In this document: positions 35,884 to 48,994 of the stretch, one piece after another
How positions within the stretch are numbered: position 1 is the first letter of the stretch
Layout: every line of letters begins with the position of its first letter
From: Corallococcus sp.
GTDB lineage: Bacteria; Bacillota; Clostridia; Christensenellales; CAG-314
DNA length: 53,363 nt
Assembly (NCBI GenBank): GCA_023667435.1
Contig: JAMPAB010000005.1
Location: 1 to 53,363, forward strand
Reading direction: 5' to 3'
Position numbers and translations under genes: made by a program
The notes under the pieces: model-generated
Databases searched by the model: none
What the model saw: only the letters and a program-made list of their open reading frames with translations
What the model was told of the DNA's origin: nothing

Positions 35884-37674
35884 TTAGTGTAAAAGCTCAT
35901 ACTGCGAGTTGTAAATTTTAGTATAAAATCCGTTTCGCGCCATCAGTTCTTTGTGCGTTCCCTGCTCTACCACTTCGCCGTTGTTTATTACAAGTATCAC
36001 GTCGGAATTGACTATGGTAGACAGTCTGTGCGCGATAACGAAGCTGGTACGTCCCGCAAGAAGCTCGTCCATTGCTTTTTGAATGAGGATTTCCGTACGG
36101 GTATCCACGTTGCTGGTGGCCTCGTCCAAAATAAGCATTTTTCGATTGGCAAGATAACTGCGCGCGATTGTAAGCAACTGTTTTTGTCCGCTGCTGATAT
36201 TTGCGCTTTCTTCGTTGATAACCGTATCGTAACCCTGAGGTAACGTTTCTATAAAGAAATCCGCGCGCGCTTTCTTCGCCGCAGCAACGACTTCGTCCAT
36301 AGAGGCGTTGTCCTTGCCGTACGCGATATTGTCGTAAACGGTACCGTTGAACAGCCAGGTATCTTGAAGTACCATACCGAACTGTTCGCGCAGTTTTGCT
36401 CTGTCCATAGCGGAGATATCAACGCCGTCGATAGTGATTTTGCCAGAATCTATGTCGTAAAAACGCATAAGCAGATTTACTATCGTTGTCTTACCTCCGC
36501 CCGTAGGACCTACCAAAGCAACCTTTTGCCCCGCTTTTACGGTAAGATTGAGGTCTTTGATTAACGGTTTATCTTTGTCGTACGCAAAGTAAACGTGTTC
36601 GAAAACCACTTCGCCCTTTCCCTGCGGATAGTCGTCCGTTTGCGCGGGGGACATTTCTTCTCTGTCGATTAACGCATAAACGCGGTTTGCGCAAGCAAGC
36701 GTATGCTGAATAGATCCCATTCCGTTGGCTATGCTTTCGAGAGGTCCCGCAAACATGGCGGCAAGCAGGATTACTTCCATAACGTCGCCTACGCTTACTA
36801 CGTCGTTTATCGCAAGCAATCCTCCCGCAATACACACGGCAACGTAAGCTATATTGTTAGTGAATGCGATAATAGGCTGAATAAGTCCCGACAAATAGTA
36901 AGCTCTGCGTACTTTTCCGCGATACGTTTCGGAAATCTCGTCGCAAATTTTACGTTGGCGTTCTTCCAAATTGAACGCTTTGACCGTATCGAAACCCGTG
37001 TAATCTTCTTCTATAAACGCATACAAATTACCGTTGATTTTACGGAAATCGTGCCAGCTTTTTTCGCTCTTTGACGAGATTAATGCCGAAATCGCAATTG
37101 AAAGAGGTACCAACACCACTACCGCAGTTGCCAAAATCCAGTTGATGGCGTACAGGCAGTAAGTAATCACTACAATGCGCACCAAACCGTTGAGTAACGT
37201 TTCGATGATAATGTAAACGGTATTCGACATATTACTTACGTCGTTCATCATACGCGAAAGCAATTCGCCGTTAGGAGTGCTGTCTACAAAGCTTACGGGC
37301 AGTCGCTGTAACTTGTCGCTTATGCGCGTGCGCAATCCCTTAGTGAAGTAACGGGACGATATATTGGTCATCATGACCGTCATAAGCATCTGCAACGCAG
37401 CGGAACCCGCATACGCCAATGCCAGATTAACTACCGATTTCGCCATTGCTTCTATGTCCAAAGGAATTCCTTTTGCTCCGTAATCGTAAATCATATTGGT
37501 AAGACTGTTTACGATTTCGGGAGCGAGAACGCCCAAAAACACCGAAAAACAACATATTACCGCAGCAATACATATTGCCCAAGCAATGGGTTTTAAATCG
37601 CGAAGCAACCGTTTGACGGTTTTCCACACGGAATATTCTTTGACTTTTTTTACGGAGGATTTGTTTTTACTCAT
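35884..37674 (-). CDS. ABC exporter, fused permease/ATPase subunit (consensus-site half of a heterodimer)
   Basis: Six-TM domain; GPTGGGKTT, ISSGQKQ, LDEATS and AHR motifs. Confidence 0.93.
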   Translation of the reverse strand: MSKNKSSVKKVKEYSVWKTVKRLLRDLKPIAWAICIAAVICCFSVFLGVLAPEIVNSLTNMIYDYGAKGIPLDIEAMAKSVVNLALAYAGSAALQMLMTVMMTNISSRYFTKGLRTRISDKLQRLPVSFVDSTPNGELLSRMMNDVSNMSNTVYIIIETLLNGLVRIVVITYCLYAINWILATAVVVLVPLSIAISALISSKSEKSWHDFRKINGNLYAFIEEDYTGFDTVKAFNLEERQRKICDEISETYRGKVRRAYYLSGLIQPIIAFTNNIAYVAVCIAGGLLAINDVVSVGDVMEVILLAAMFAGPLESIANGMGSIQHTLACANRVYALIDREEMSPAQTDDYPQGKGEVVFEHVYFAYDKDKPLIKDLNLTVKAGQKVALVGPTGGGKTTIVNLLMRFYDIDSGKITIDGVDISAMDRAKLREQFGMVLQDTWLFNGTVYDNIAYGKDNASMDEVVAAAKKARADFFIETLPQGYDTVINEESANISSGQKQLLTIARSYLANRKMLILDEATSNVDTRTEILIQKAMDELLAGRTSFVIAHRLSTIVNSDVILVINNGEVVEQGTHKELMARNGFYTKIYNSQYELLH

Positions 37675-39388
37675 TGCCGTTTCCTCCCATCTGACTGTCG
37701 TAAATTTCCCTGTACGTAGAACACGATTCCAACAGCTGCTTATGCGGACCGCAGCCTACTATTTCGCCGTTATCCATAACGTACACTTTGTCGCAGCGCA
37801 TAGCAGTCGCCGCGCGTTGCGTTACTATAATCTGCGTTTTGTTTTTCAAATATTTATTCAGTTCGCGGCGCAGATTAGCTTCGGTAAGATAGTCAAGCGC
37901 CGAAAAGCTGTCGTCGAATATATACAGATTTGCCGATTTCAAAACGGCGCGAGCAATGTTGATTCGCTGTTTCTGTCCGCCCGAAATATTACTGCCCGAC
38001 TGAGCAAGCTTGAATTCGAGCTTTTCCTCTTTGGAATTGACAAACTCCTCCATTTGCGCAATTCTTAACGCTTCGTACACTTGCTCGTTTGATGCATCCT
38101 TATTGCCCATCCTGACGTTGTCGGCAATTGTGCCTTCGAATATCATACTCTTTTGCAAAGCTATCGACACGTTGTCGCGAACGGTAGACGGAGCAAGCTC
38201 CGAGTAGTCCCGTCCGCCTAAACGTCTCGTTCCGCCGTTCGTCGAATAGAAATCCAAAATCAGTTTTATAAGAGTGGATTTCCCGCTGCCGGTGCCGCCT
38301 ATGATACCTACGATTTCGCCGCTGGTTATATCCAGAGAAACGTCCTTCAACACGTTGTTTTGCGAGTCGGGATAGGCAAAACAGACCTTGTCGAATACAA
38401 CGTCGCCGTCAAGCGTTTCTGCGGCGCCGACGTCGGTTTCGTCGTTGTTTGTATCCAAAACGGCGAATATTCTGCGCATGCTCACCTTTATGTGCGGCAC
38501 AAACGAAATCGTCCAGGAAAGAGTTAAAACCGCATTTGCTATAAGCGCTATGTACTGGATTGTTGCGAGAATATCGCCTGCTCTTAACGTTTCGACGTTT
38601 TGCAGACGTATCGCGCCCACGTAAATCACTGCGGCTGTCGTAACGTTTAAAAACAGCGACGCTATGGGACTTACAAGTCCGCTTACGGTATTTGCTCTGA
38701 CGAAGCTGTTGCACATTTCGCTTGTCGCGCGAGCCGTACGCTTGTGTTCGTGAGCGTCTTTGTCGAACGCGCGTACTACGCGTATACCCGACAGGCGTTC
38801 GCGCACCATTCTGTTCTGAACGTCCGTCAATTCGTCGCCGCGCTGCCAGTATTTTTCGAGACTGCTCGTAATAAGAGTTGTGATTAACAGAACGATCAGC
38901 GATACGCCCAAAAGTATCAACGGCAGAACCCAGTCGCCTTTAAACGACAACGCTATACCGCCGATAAACATTATCGGGCAAGTTATCATAACGTACGGAA
39001 TCTGCGATATCGTGTCCTCCATCCAACCGATATCCTCCGTTGTACGCGTGATAAGACTTCCCGTGCCTATTGCGGAAAACTGTTCGAATGTAAGCGTATT
39101 CACTTTGTTGAACACTTCTTTGCGCATACTCACGGCAATCTTCGACGAAAAATTACTGGAGACTCTGTTCGTTGTCAGCGCGCAAATCAAGGCGGTTGCG
39201 GCAAGCGCTATCATTATAATGCCTTCTTTGACGACGTACGGAAAATCGCTGTTTTTAATGCCCGTTTCAACGATATTGCTCATTACGTACGGCATAAAAA
39301 GCGAACAAAAAGTGGACACCGCATAAAGCGCCATTAACGCGATTACTTCCTTCATATAAGGTTTTACAAATTTAAACAATCGTTTCAT
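37667..39388 (-). CDS. ABC exporter, fused permease/ATPase subunit (degenerate-site half, TM287-like)
   Basis: GGTGSGKST and ISGGQKQR motifs; degenerate Walker B (FDDSFS) and Q in the switch (VTQR). Overlaps its partner by 8 nt. Confidence 0.93.
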   Translation of the reverse strand: MKRLFKFVKPYMKEVIALMALYAVSTFCSLFMPYVMSNIVETGIKNSDFPYVVKEGIIMIALAATALICALTTNRVSSNFSSKIAVSMRKEVFNKVNTLTFEQFSAIGTGSLITRTTEDIGWMEDTISQIPYVMITCPIMFIGGIALSFKGDWVLPLILLGVSLIVLLITTLITSSLEKYWQRGDELTDVQNRMVRERLSGIRVVRAFDKDAHEHKRTARATSEMCNSFVRANTVSGLVSPIASLFLNVTTAAVIYVGAIRLQNVETLRAGDILATIQYIALIANAVLTLSWTISFVPHIKVSMRRIFAVLDTNNDETDVGAAETLDGDVVFDKVCFAYPDSQNNVLKDVSLDITSGEIVGIIGGTGSGKSTLIKLILDFYSTNGGTRRLGGRDYSELAPSTVRDNVSIALQKSMIFEGTIADNVRMGNKDASNEQVYEALRIAQMEEFVNSKEEKLEFKLAQSGSNISGGQKQRINIARAVLKSANLYIFDDSFSALDYLTEANLRRELNKYLKNKTQIIVTQRAATAMRCDKVYVMDNGEIVGCGPHKQLLESCSTYREIYDSQMGGNGNE

Positions 39389-39641
39389 TATCGAATCCTT
39401 TTTGATGTATCGCGGAATTTATGACAACCGTAATTTACAGTCGGACGTTTCGACAAAAACAACGTTCGAGTCGTTACTTATCTTAGCTGCTTTTACGGTA
39501 TTTCCGCGCAAAACATTTTGCAAATAAAACGAGGAAAACGTCAATTTGATATTTGTCGGATTTTAATTATTTGACGGCGGAAGACGGGCGCAGGCAAAGT
39601 TCGTCTGCAAAGTCGGTCGAGTCTTACAGCGGAATTCCGAC

Positions 39642-39682
39642 AAAAATAAAAATTGCGTTCCTCTGTTTGTTGAGGAGCGCAA
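39642..39682 (-). terminator. Terminator/attenuator in the ABC exporter leader
   Basis: TTGCGCTCCTC-N8-GAGGAACGCAA followed by TTTTTATTTTT on the minus strand. Confidence 0.7.
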
Positions 39683-39703
39683 AGTAATATCTTCGTCTGT
39701 CGG

Positions 39704-39790
39704 TTACTTGACAACGCAAAAGAATAGGCGAGCAAAGCGGCTTCCGCAACATTCGTTAAATTTTCCGTTCGATTTCTTAAGTTTGGTCAC
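39704..39790 (-). CDS. Putative 28-aa leader peptide MTKLKKSNGKFNECCGSRFARLFFCVVK
   Basis: Perfect SD AAGGAGGTGA upstream of a GTG start. Lies between an extended -10 promoter and a terminator. Below the ORF-track length cutoff. Confidence 0.6.
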   Translation of the reverse strand: MTKLKKSNGKFNECCGSRFARLFFCVVK

Positions 39791-39821
39791 AGCTGCTCAC
39801 CTCCTTGTATTTATAATTTTG

Positions 39822-39944
39822 TATTATATCATCGAATGATATTTATTTAACCTCAAAATATAACAAACTCACATTCGATGGATATTTCGGTTGATTGCAA
39901 GTTGTTTGTTTTTTGATTGTATTATATCATCGAATGATATAATA
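39822..39944 (-). promoter_or_regulatory. Tandem extended -10 promoters overlapped by the palindrome TATCAT-CGA-ATGATA
   Basis: TGATATAAT on the minus strand at ~39823 and ~39921. Perfect 11-bp IR TATTATATCAT-CGA-ATGATATAATA at 39920-39944. The same block occurs at 31412. Confidence 0.6.
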
Positions 39945-40151
39945 TCACGCGGCGCATTTATCGTCAAGCAAAAAGCAACGGCGAATCCGCTGTTTTTCTT
40001 GGAATTTTTTCGCTTTAAAGTACGTAACCGTACGACAATCCAACCCGTAGAGTTTTCGTCGGCATTGCGTTGCAAAGACGTTCCGTATGTACGGGAGCGC
40101 GGTATATCCGTTACATTGATTTTAAATTTATCGGCGCTTACAATCAGACGT

Positions 40152-40685
40152 TTAGAGCAGTCCTGTCGGAGACAACGTATCGAACAGCTTTTGCAGCAAG
40201 TCGTTTATGATCCAATCGCCGAAAAAGTTGTTTTTGTAAATATGAGAGCAGATCCAACTTTGTTCGAATTCGGCGCCGAACTTTTCGTTAAGCGAACCTA
40301 TCCCGCCGAACGGACTTGCAATCCAAGCGATAATTACGGAGAACGCCATATAAACGATAATTACTCCCAACACTCCGCCGATAATTCTGTTTAACACGTT
40401 TATAGAGGACTTGCGCGTAATAAGCTTGCGCAGAATAAGCGACAGTACGAGATATACCAAAAACAGTATTACGCCCGTTGCCAAAATAGCGACCAAAGAA
40501 CGTACGTTGTCGCTCATTTCCACGTTTACAAACCATTGCTGAACGGTAGGAGAAAACAAACCGATGCCCACTACCACAACGAAAAATCCTATTGCGGAAA
40601 ACAGCGGTTTAAGAAAACCCTTCAATAAGCCCAGCACGAGACCGAGTCCCGCCGCGACTATGATAATCCAATCCAGTACGTTCAT
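40152..40685 (-). CDS. cvpA: CvpA family membrane protein
   Basis: MNVLDWII..GLLKGF and LNRIIGGVLG patterns; about 4 TM helices. Confidence 0.8.
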   Translation of the reverse strand: MNVLDWIIIVAAGLGLVLGLLKGFLKPLFSAIGFFVVVVGIGLFSPTVQQWFVNVEMSDNVRSLVAILATGVILFLVYLVLSLILRKLITRKSSINVLNRIIGGVLGVIIVYMAFSVIIAWIASPFGGIGSLNEKFGAEFEQSWICSHIYKNNFFGDWIINDLLQKLFDTLSPTGLL

Positions 40686-40742
40686 TCTACCTCTATTTTG
40701 TTACAACATATTACCTTATATGCAACGGTCTGTCAACCTAAC

Positions 40743-42440
40743 TCACATTTTATCGGGCGATTCTATGCCCAGCAAGGATAGTCCCTTCCTAAGAACCGTT
40801 CCGGTTGCTTCCACAACCGTAAGTCGCGCGTTCTGCTCTGCCAAATTGTCCGACAGCACGCGGTGTTCTATGTAGAACCGGTTAAACGCCTGCGCTACGT
40901 CTATCAATAAACCGGAAATAATACTGGGTTCGTACTTTTCGGCGGCATCCTTTACCGCTTGCGGAAAGCTTGCCAATAGCTTGCACAAACGCAGCGTTTC
41001 GATATTATCCAACGCGCGCAAATCGTGCGCTATTTTCGTAAAACGCGACATACCTGCTTTTTCCAACAAAGAATTACACCTTGCCGCCGTATACTGAAGA
41101 TACGGAGCCGTTTCTCCGTCAAAGTTGAGGACCCTGTCAAACGTAAACGTGATATCTTTGATTTTGGCGTTTTCGAGAGCGGAAAACAGAACGGCGCCTA
41201 CGCCGATTTGCTCGGCGACCTTTTCGCGATTTTCCAAGTCGGGATTTTTGGAGGATATTATTTCCAAAGATTTATCCACCGCCTTGTTTATTACGTCGCG
41301 GAGCAGCACGACGTTTCCTTTACGCGTAGACATGGCGCCGTCTTCCAAACTTACCATACCGTACGCTACGTGGACCATATCCTTAGCCCACTCGGCGCCT
41401 GCAAGCTCCAAAACTTTAAACAGTTGCTTGAAATGAAGATTCTGCTGATACGCCACGACGTACAGACACTTGTCGAAATCGTATTCCTTTTTACGCCAGA
41501 ATGCCGCCGCAAGATCGCGCGTGGCATAAAGACTGCTTCCGTCCGATTTGATTAACAAAAACGGCGGCATATCGTAATCCTTCAAATCCACCACCTGCGC
41601 GCCCTGACTTTCGGTAAGCAGACCTTTTTCGCGTAAAATCTGCAACGGCGCGTCCATCTTATCCATAAAGAAGCTTTCGCCGTTCCAGCTGTCAAACTTG
41701 ACGTTGAGCCGCTCGTAAATTTCTTTTACGTCGTTTAAGGTAATTTCCTTAAACATTTCGAAAAGCCGTTTCGCCTCTTCGTCGCCGTTTTCCACTTTTA
41801 CAAACCATTCGCGCGCCTTGTCAGTAAGCTCGGGGTGTTCCGCTTCTTCCTGATGAAACTTTACGTACAGACGTTGAAGTTCCTCAACGCCTTTTTCCTT
41901 TACCGTCCGCTCGTCTCCCCACATTTTGTACGCTACGATCATTTTGCCGAATTGCGTTCCGTAATCGCCCAGATAGTTGATTCCCACCACGTTGTAACCC
42001 AACGCGCTGTAAATTTTGTACAAACTGCTGCCTATCGCCGTAGTAGACAAATGTCCTATGTGAAAAGACTTGCATATATTGACGGAACTGTAATCTATGC
42101 ACACCGTTTTGCCGCGCCCGACGTCGTCGTTGCCGTAATCGGCGCCTTTACTTAAAACGTCGGAAACCGCCTCGCAAACAAACTGTTTGCGGTTGACAAA
42201 AAAGTTAAGGTACCCGTTAACCGCCTCGACTTTTACGACGTCGCCGTCCGTTCTTACTTCGTTTGCAAGCTTTTCCGCAATGGCGACAGGCGACATACGC
42301 ATAACTTTGGCCAACTTAAAGCACGGGAACGCATAGTCTCCGAAACCGTCGTCGGCAGCTTCGGTAATTAACGCAACAATCTCCTCTCTGTCGAGAGGAG
42401 CGTTTATTTTATCGGCAATAATACTTTTGTAGTCTTTCAA
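40743..42440 (-). CDS. argS: Arginine--tRNA ligase
   Basis: GDYAFPCFKLAK, DYSSVN..FHIGHL, GDYGTQFG, MSTRKG and YLQYT motifs. Probable TTG start at 42440 after AAGGAG. Confidence 0.96.
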   Translation of the reverse strand: MKDYKSIIADKINAPLDREEIVALITEAADDGFGDYAFPCFKLAKVMRMSPVAIAEKLANEVRTDGDVVKVEAVNGYLNFFVNRKQFVCEAVSDVLSKGADYGNDDVGRGKTVCIDYSSVNICKSFHIGHLSTTAIGSSLYKIYSALGYNVVGINYLGDYGTQFGKMIVAYKMWGDERTVKEKGVEELQRLYVKFHQEEAEHPELTDKAREWFVKVENGDEEAKRLFEMFKEITLNDVKEIYERLNVKFDSWNGESFFMDKMDAPLQILREKGLLTESQGAQVVDLKDYDMPPFLLIKSDGSSLYATRDLAAAFWRKKEYDFDKCLYVVAYQQNLHFKQLFKVLELAGAEWAKDMVHVAYGMVSLEDGAMSTRKGNVVLLRDVINKAVDKSLEIISSKNPDLENREKVAEQIGVGAVLFSALENAKIKDITFTFDRVLNFDGETAPYLQYTAARCNSLLEKAGMSRFTKIAHDLRALDNIETLRLCKLLASFPQAVKDAAEKYEPSIISGLLIDVAQAFNRFYIEHRVLSDNLAEQNARLTVVEATGTVLRKGLSLLGIESPDKM

Positions 42441-42681
42441 GATTGTCTCCTTATGCGCGGTAAAAAACAAGACGCAATTTCACGCGCGGAATTCGAACGA
42501 TATTTATCGAACCGATAGCAGAGAGTCGTACGCCGTTCGATACCGTTTATTCTTTCTTTATAACTATAACATTTTTTGCGCCGATTTAGCAAACGTTTTA
42601 CTGCTTGTTTTTTCAATCGGACGCGGGATTTTTTTGTCGCTTACTGTCGGCAGACAATAATTGCCTGACGTTTGTTTCCGT

Positions 42682-42733
42682 TTAAAACAATGGCAACATA
42701 ATCCGAACCGTACGTTCAAACTATGCTGCCATT
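42682..42733 (-). terminator. Terminator after gyrA
   Basis: Long stem AATGGCAGCATAGTTTGAAC/GTTCGGATTATGTTGCCATT with G-U pairs on the minus strand, then GTTTT. Confidence 0.65.
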
Positions 42734-42755
42734 AACACGCCGTTAAATTTTAAAA

Positions 42756-45248
42756 TTATTCCGCCGTTCCTTCTTCCGTATCCAGTTCGTCGGCGACGGG
42801 ACTTTCCGATACGCACACAACCTGCGCGTCGCCCTTAAACTTCATAACGCGTACGCCCATCGTGTCTCTGCCTATCTTGGAAATATCCTTTGCGCGGATA
42901 CGTATTACGATACCGTTGTCGGCAATAAGCATTACGTCGTTTTCGGGGTCGATTAGTTTGAGATTGACAAGCTTACCCGTTTTATTGTTGAACACGCCGG
43001 CCTTAATGCCCTTTCCCGCGCGCGACTGCAAACGGTAATCGATAAGCTCGCTGCGTTTGCCGTAACCCTTTTCGGAAATAGTGAGAACTTCCAACCCGTT
43101 ACGCGCTATCGCCATATCTACAACGTAATCGCCGCCGTCCAACTTCATAGACTTGACGCCTTGCGCTTCTCTTCCCATCGGACGGACTTCTTCTTCGGCG
43201 AAACGTATGCACTTTCCTTCATGACTTGCCATAATGATTTCGTCGTAACCGGTAGTCATATCTACGCCGATAAGCTCGTCGTCGCCTACAAGCGATATTG
43301 CTATCTTGCCCGTTTTACGAATGGATTCGAACTCCGTCAGATTCGTCTTTTTGATAAGTCCCTGACGGGTAGCCATAATCAGATTGCCGCGCGAATCTTC
43401 CTTACGCGGTATAACCGCCGTAACTTTTTCGCCGTTATCCAGTTGCAGAATATTTACGATAGCTCTGCCTCTTGCGGTACGTTCCGCCTCAGGCACTTCG
43501 TAACCCTTTATGCAGTACACTTTTCCGCGATTGGTAAAGAACAGTAAATCGTCGTGAGTGTTTGTGATGAACATATTTTCGACGAAATCTTCTTCGCGCG
43601 GTTTATGCGCCGTAACGCCCTTGCCGCCGCGTTTCTGCGTACGGTATTCGGTAACGGGCAAACGTTTGACGTATCCCAAATGCGTCATAGAAATTACAAC
43701 GTCTTCTTTTTCGATAAGGTCGCCTATGTCGATTTCGGAATAGTCCGTGCAAATTTCCGTTTTACGCGGTTCACCGTACTTTTCGCGGATTTCGCTCATT
43801 TCGTTGACTATTATCTCGGAAACTCTTGCAGGCTTTGCAAGAATATCTTTGAGGTCTTTGATAAGCATATCGAGTTCGGCAAGCTCGCGTCTTAAACTTT
43901 CCACTTCCAAATGCGTCAGACGGGACAGTTTCATTTCGAGAATGGCGTTCGTTTGACGTTCGGACAGTTTGAATTCTTTCATTAACGCCGCCGCCGCAGC
44001 CTGCTTGTCCTCACTGTTTTTGATAATGGCTATAACTCTGTCGATATTGTCGAGAGCGATTACCAAACCTTCGATGATATGATATCTGTCTTCCGCCTTT
44101 TCGAGGTCGAACTTAGTACGACGGGTGACGACGCTGCGTTGATGCTCTATGTAATAGGAGAGTATTTCTTTCAACGACATTATACGCGGTTCGCCGTCCG
44201 CAAGAGCCAGCAGGGTTATGCCGTCGGACACTTGCAACTGCGTATGCTTAAACAGCGTGTTAAGCACTACCTGCGCGTTGGCGTCGCGTTTAAGCTCGAA
44301 CACTATACGCATACCTTTACGGTCGCTTTCGTCGCGAATATCCGATATTCCTTCGACGCGTTTGTCTTTGACAAGACCTGCCGTCGTTTCGATTAACTTG
44401 GCTTTGTTTACCTGATAAGGCAATTCCGTAACGATTATGCGCTGACGTCCGTGATATTCTTCGATATCCGTCTTGGCGCGCACCAAAATACTGCCTTTAC
44501 CCGTCTTGTAAGCGCTGCGAACTCCCATTCGTCCCATCATTATTCCGCCTGTGGGGAAATCGGGCGCGGGAATTATTTTCATAAGCTCCTCGACCGTGAT
44601 GTCGGGATTGTTAAGCACCGCTATCGCTCCGTCGATAACTTCGCCCAAATTGTGAGGCGGAATGTTCGTCGCCATACCTACGGCGATACCGTCCGCGCCG
44701 TTTACAAGCAAGTTGGGAAAACGACTGGGCAACACCGTCGGCTGCATCAACGTATTGTCGAAGTTGGGTGTGAAATCAACCGTATTTTTGTCTATTTCGC
44801 GCAGCATTTCGTACGCTATCTTAGATAACCTTGCCTCAGTATAACGTTGCGCCGCCGGAGGGTCGCCGTCTACGCTGCCGAAGTTTCCCTGACCGTCAAC
44901 AAGCGGACAGCGAATGGAGAAGTCCTGCGCCAAACGCACCAAAGCTTCGTAAACCGCCGAATCTCCGTGAGGGTGATACTTACCCAAAACGTCGCCGACG
45001 ATACGCGCGCATTTACGGTACGGTTTGTCGTTGAACAAATTCAATTCGCCCATTGCGTAAAGAATACGTCTGTGAACGGGTTTTAATCCGTCCCTTACGT
45101 CGGGAATTGCGCGAGATACGTTTACCGCCATAGCGTAGGCGATAAACGATTTTTTCATCTCTTCTTCCATCTTTATTACTTTGACGTTCGTCTGCCCCAA
45201 CGCCTGTACGTAATCGAGGTTGTGTATTTCCTGTTGTTGTTTTGCCAT
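42756..45248 (-). CDS. gyrA: DNA gyrase subunit A
   Basis: [18 protein letters not shown], catalytic AAQRYT and the GyrA-box QKRGGKG. Confidence 0.97.
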   Translation of the reverse strand: MAKQQQEIHNLDYVQALGQTNVKVIKMEEEMKKSFIAYAMAVNVSRAIPDVRDGLKPVHRRILYAMGELNLFNDKPYRKCARIVGDVLGKYHPHGDSAVYEALVRLAQDFSIRCPLVDGQGNFGSVDGDPPAAQRYTEARLSKIAYEMLREIDKNTVDFTPNFDNTLMQPTVLPSRFPNLLVNGADGIAVGMATNIPPHNLGEVIDGAIAVLNNPDITVEELMKIIPAPDFPTGGIMMGRMGVRSAYKTGKGSILVRAKTDIEEYHGRQRIIVTELPYQVNKAKLIETTAGLVKDKRVEGISDIRDESDRKGMRIVFELKRDANAQVVLNTLFKHTQLQVSDGITLLALADGEPRIMSLKEILSYYIEHQRSVVTRRTKFDLEKAEDRYHIIEGLVIALDNIDRVIAIIKNSEDKQAAAAALMKEFKLSERQTNAILEMKLSRLTHLEVESLRRELAELDMLIKDLKDILAKPARVSEIIVNEMSEIREKYGEPRKTEICTDYSEIDIGDLIEKEDVVISMTHLGYVKRLPVTEYRTQKRGGKGVTAHKPREEDFVENMFITNTHDDLLFFTNRGKVYCIKGYEVPEAERTARGRAIVNILQLDNGEKVTAVIPRKEDSRGNLIMATRQGLIKKTNLTEFESIRKTGKIAISLVGDDELIGVDMTTGYDEIIMASHEGKCIRFAEEEVRPMGREAQGVKSMKLDGGDYVVDMAIARNGLEVLTISEKGYGKRSELIDYRLQSRAGKGIKAGVFNNKTGKLVNLKLIDPENDVMLIADNGIVIRIRAKDISKIGRDTMGVRVMKFKGDAQVVCVSESPVADELDTEEGTAE

Positions 45249-45260
45249 AGTTAATGCCTC

Positions 45261-47177
<1,917 letters not shown>

Positions 47178-47740
47178 TTACTTTCCGAGAAAGAATTTTT
47201 ATAAATTCGCTTCTGCCTCGCCGACGGAGTAAATTCATTACGAACGCGCTTGCAACCAACGCTTTTAGGGCGCGTTTTTATTTTTATTTGCTCCGAATTC
47301 GCCGCAGATAAATTTATATATATTATATCATATATTGTCTTATTTGTACACGCTTTTGCAAAGATTTTTTAAGACAAATTGTCGTCTGACGGCGGCAAAC
47401 CGCTTTCTAAGAGCAAAAAGCGGTAATGTCGAGGGGATAGACGGGCAAACGCAAAAACGGCTTACAATCAAATTTTTATCGCTACGGGTTCGACGCGGCA
47501 GAAAATATATTCTAAAGGCAATATACGGAAATATCGCGCGCGGTGTTGTAAAGAAATCGTCTTTGTGTTATAATAATCTAAATAAAAAATATTGTCCGTA
47601 TTAAAATATCCGCCGAACGGGAACCGCCGTATTTTAAACCGAATACCGTTCGACGCCGCCAAATAAAAATCTATTCGGCCGCGCGGCGAGCTTAAAGAAG
47701 CTCGGCGCGAAAAACGGAGATAAAAACGTCGGAAAAGAAA

Positions 47741-48844
47741 ATGAAAGTAAAAGAACTAACCGTTTGCAATCTGCGGAATCTTGCAAAGCAGACCGTCAGA
47801 CCGAACGACAAACTCAATATTTTTACTGGGGACAACGCGCAAGGCAAAACCAATCTTGTAGAAAGCGTCTATTTGTGTTGCATAGGAAAAAGTCCGCGCA
47901 CCGACAAAGATAAAGATATGATATGCTGGGGCAAGGATTACGCTTACGTAAAAGTGAAATACGCCTGCCGTTTCGGAGAGGGCGAAATTTACGTGGCGCT
48001 GCGTTCCGACGCCAAGAAGCAAATAGCTGTAAATTCCGTACCCATTGCGCGAATGGGCGAGCTTATGGGATATCTCAACTGTATATATTTTTCGCCCAAC
48101 GAAATAAAAATAATATCGCAGTCTCCCGTAGAGCGCAGACGCTTCCTCGACATAGACCTGTGCCAAACGGACAAAAATTATTTTTACAGCCTGTCACGAT
48201 TCAACAAAGCGCTTGCGCAGCGCAACAACCTGCTCAAACAACCTAACAATCCCGACGAACTGAAAGAAACGCTGTTTGTCTGGAACGAACAGATTGCCGA
48301 AGAAGGCGCCAAAGTAATATTTAAAAGAAAGACCTTTTGCGAGAAACTCAAAATTCACGCAAAACAGTGTCACTTGACGTTATCCGACGGCAAGGAAGAT
48401 CTCTCTTTGGATTACGTAACTCAGATAAAAGGCGAATCGGTAAAAGAAATTACCGAAAATTACCTAAGACAATTACGGGAATCAACGGAAAAAGATATAC
48501 TGCTGCGCTACACTACGGCAGGTTGTCAAAGGGACGACATATCGCTTAAAATAAACGGCGTAGACGTCCGTACGTTCGGCAGTCAGGGGCAACTCCGCAC
48601 GACCGCGCTATCCTTAAAGCTTGCCGAATTGAAAATATTCAAAGAACTTATCGGAGAATATCCCGTGTTGATTCTCGACGATGTACTGTCCGAATTGGAC
48701 GCGGACAGACAAAAACGCCTGTTGAATTTCGATGCGGATTTGCAGATTCTGCTCACAACGGCAACGCCTGCGGACAAAGCTCTTATATCTACGGACTGCA
48801 AATACTTTACGATAAAAAACGGCGTTTGCAAAGATAACGCGTAA
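47741..48844 (+). CDS. recF: DNA replication/repair protein RecF
   Basis: GDNAQGKTN, P.ERRRFLD, FGSQGQLRT and LDDVLSELD motifs. Confidence 0.95.
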   Translation: MKVKELTVCNLRNLAKQTVRPNDKLNIFTGDNAQGKTNLVESVYLCCIGKSPRTDKDKDMICWGKDYAYVKVKYACRFGEGEIYVALRSDAKKQIAVNSVPIARMGELMGYLNCIYFSPNEIKIISQSPVERRRFLDIDLCQTDKNYFYSLSRFNKALAQRNNLLKQPNNPDELKETLFVWNEQIAEEGAKVIFKRKTFCEKLKIHAKQCHLTLSDGKEDLSLDYVTQIKGESVKEITENYLRQLRESTEKDILLRYTTAGCQRDDISLKINGVDVRTFGSQGQLRTTALSLKLAELKIFKELIGEYPVLILDDVLSELDADRQKRLLNFDADLQILLTTATPADKALISTDCKYFTIKNGVCKDNA

Positions 48845-48994
48845 CGAGATTTTTCGCTTCTTCGCAGTCGTTTAAGCGGGAAATTTCCGTCGGACTGCGC
48901 AACGGACTTTGCGGCCGCAATTCTTTTAAATCTTTGCATTTCGTAATTTCGGCGGAAACTTATTATTTTTTTACACTTAAAAGGAACGTTACTA

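Noticed and set aside
42441-42690. T-box riboswitch upstream of argS (also checked before metG)
   Set aside because: No GGTGGNACCGCG T-box or specifier stem visible.
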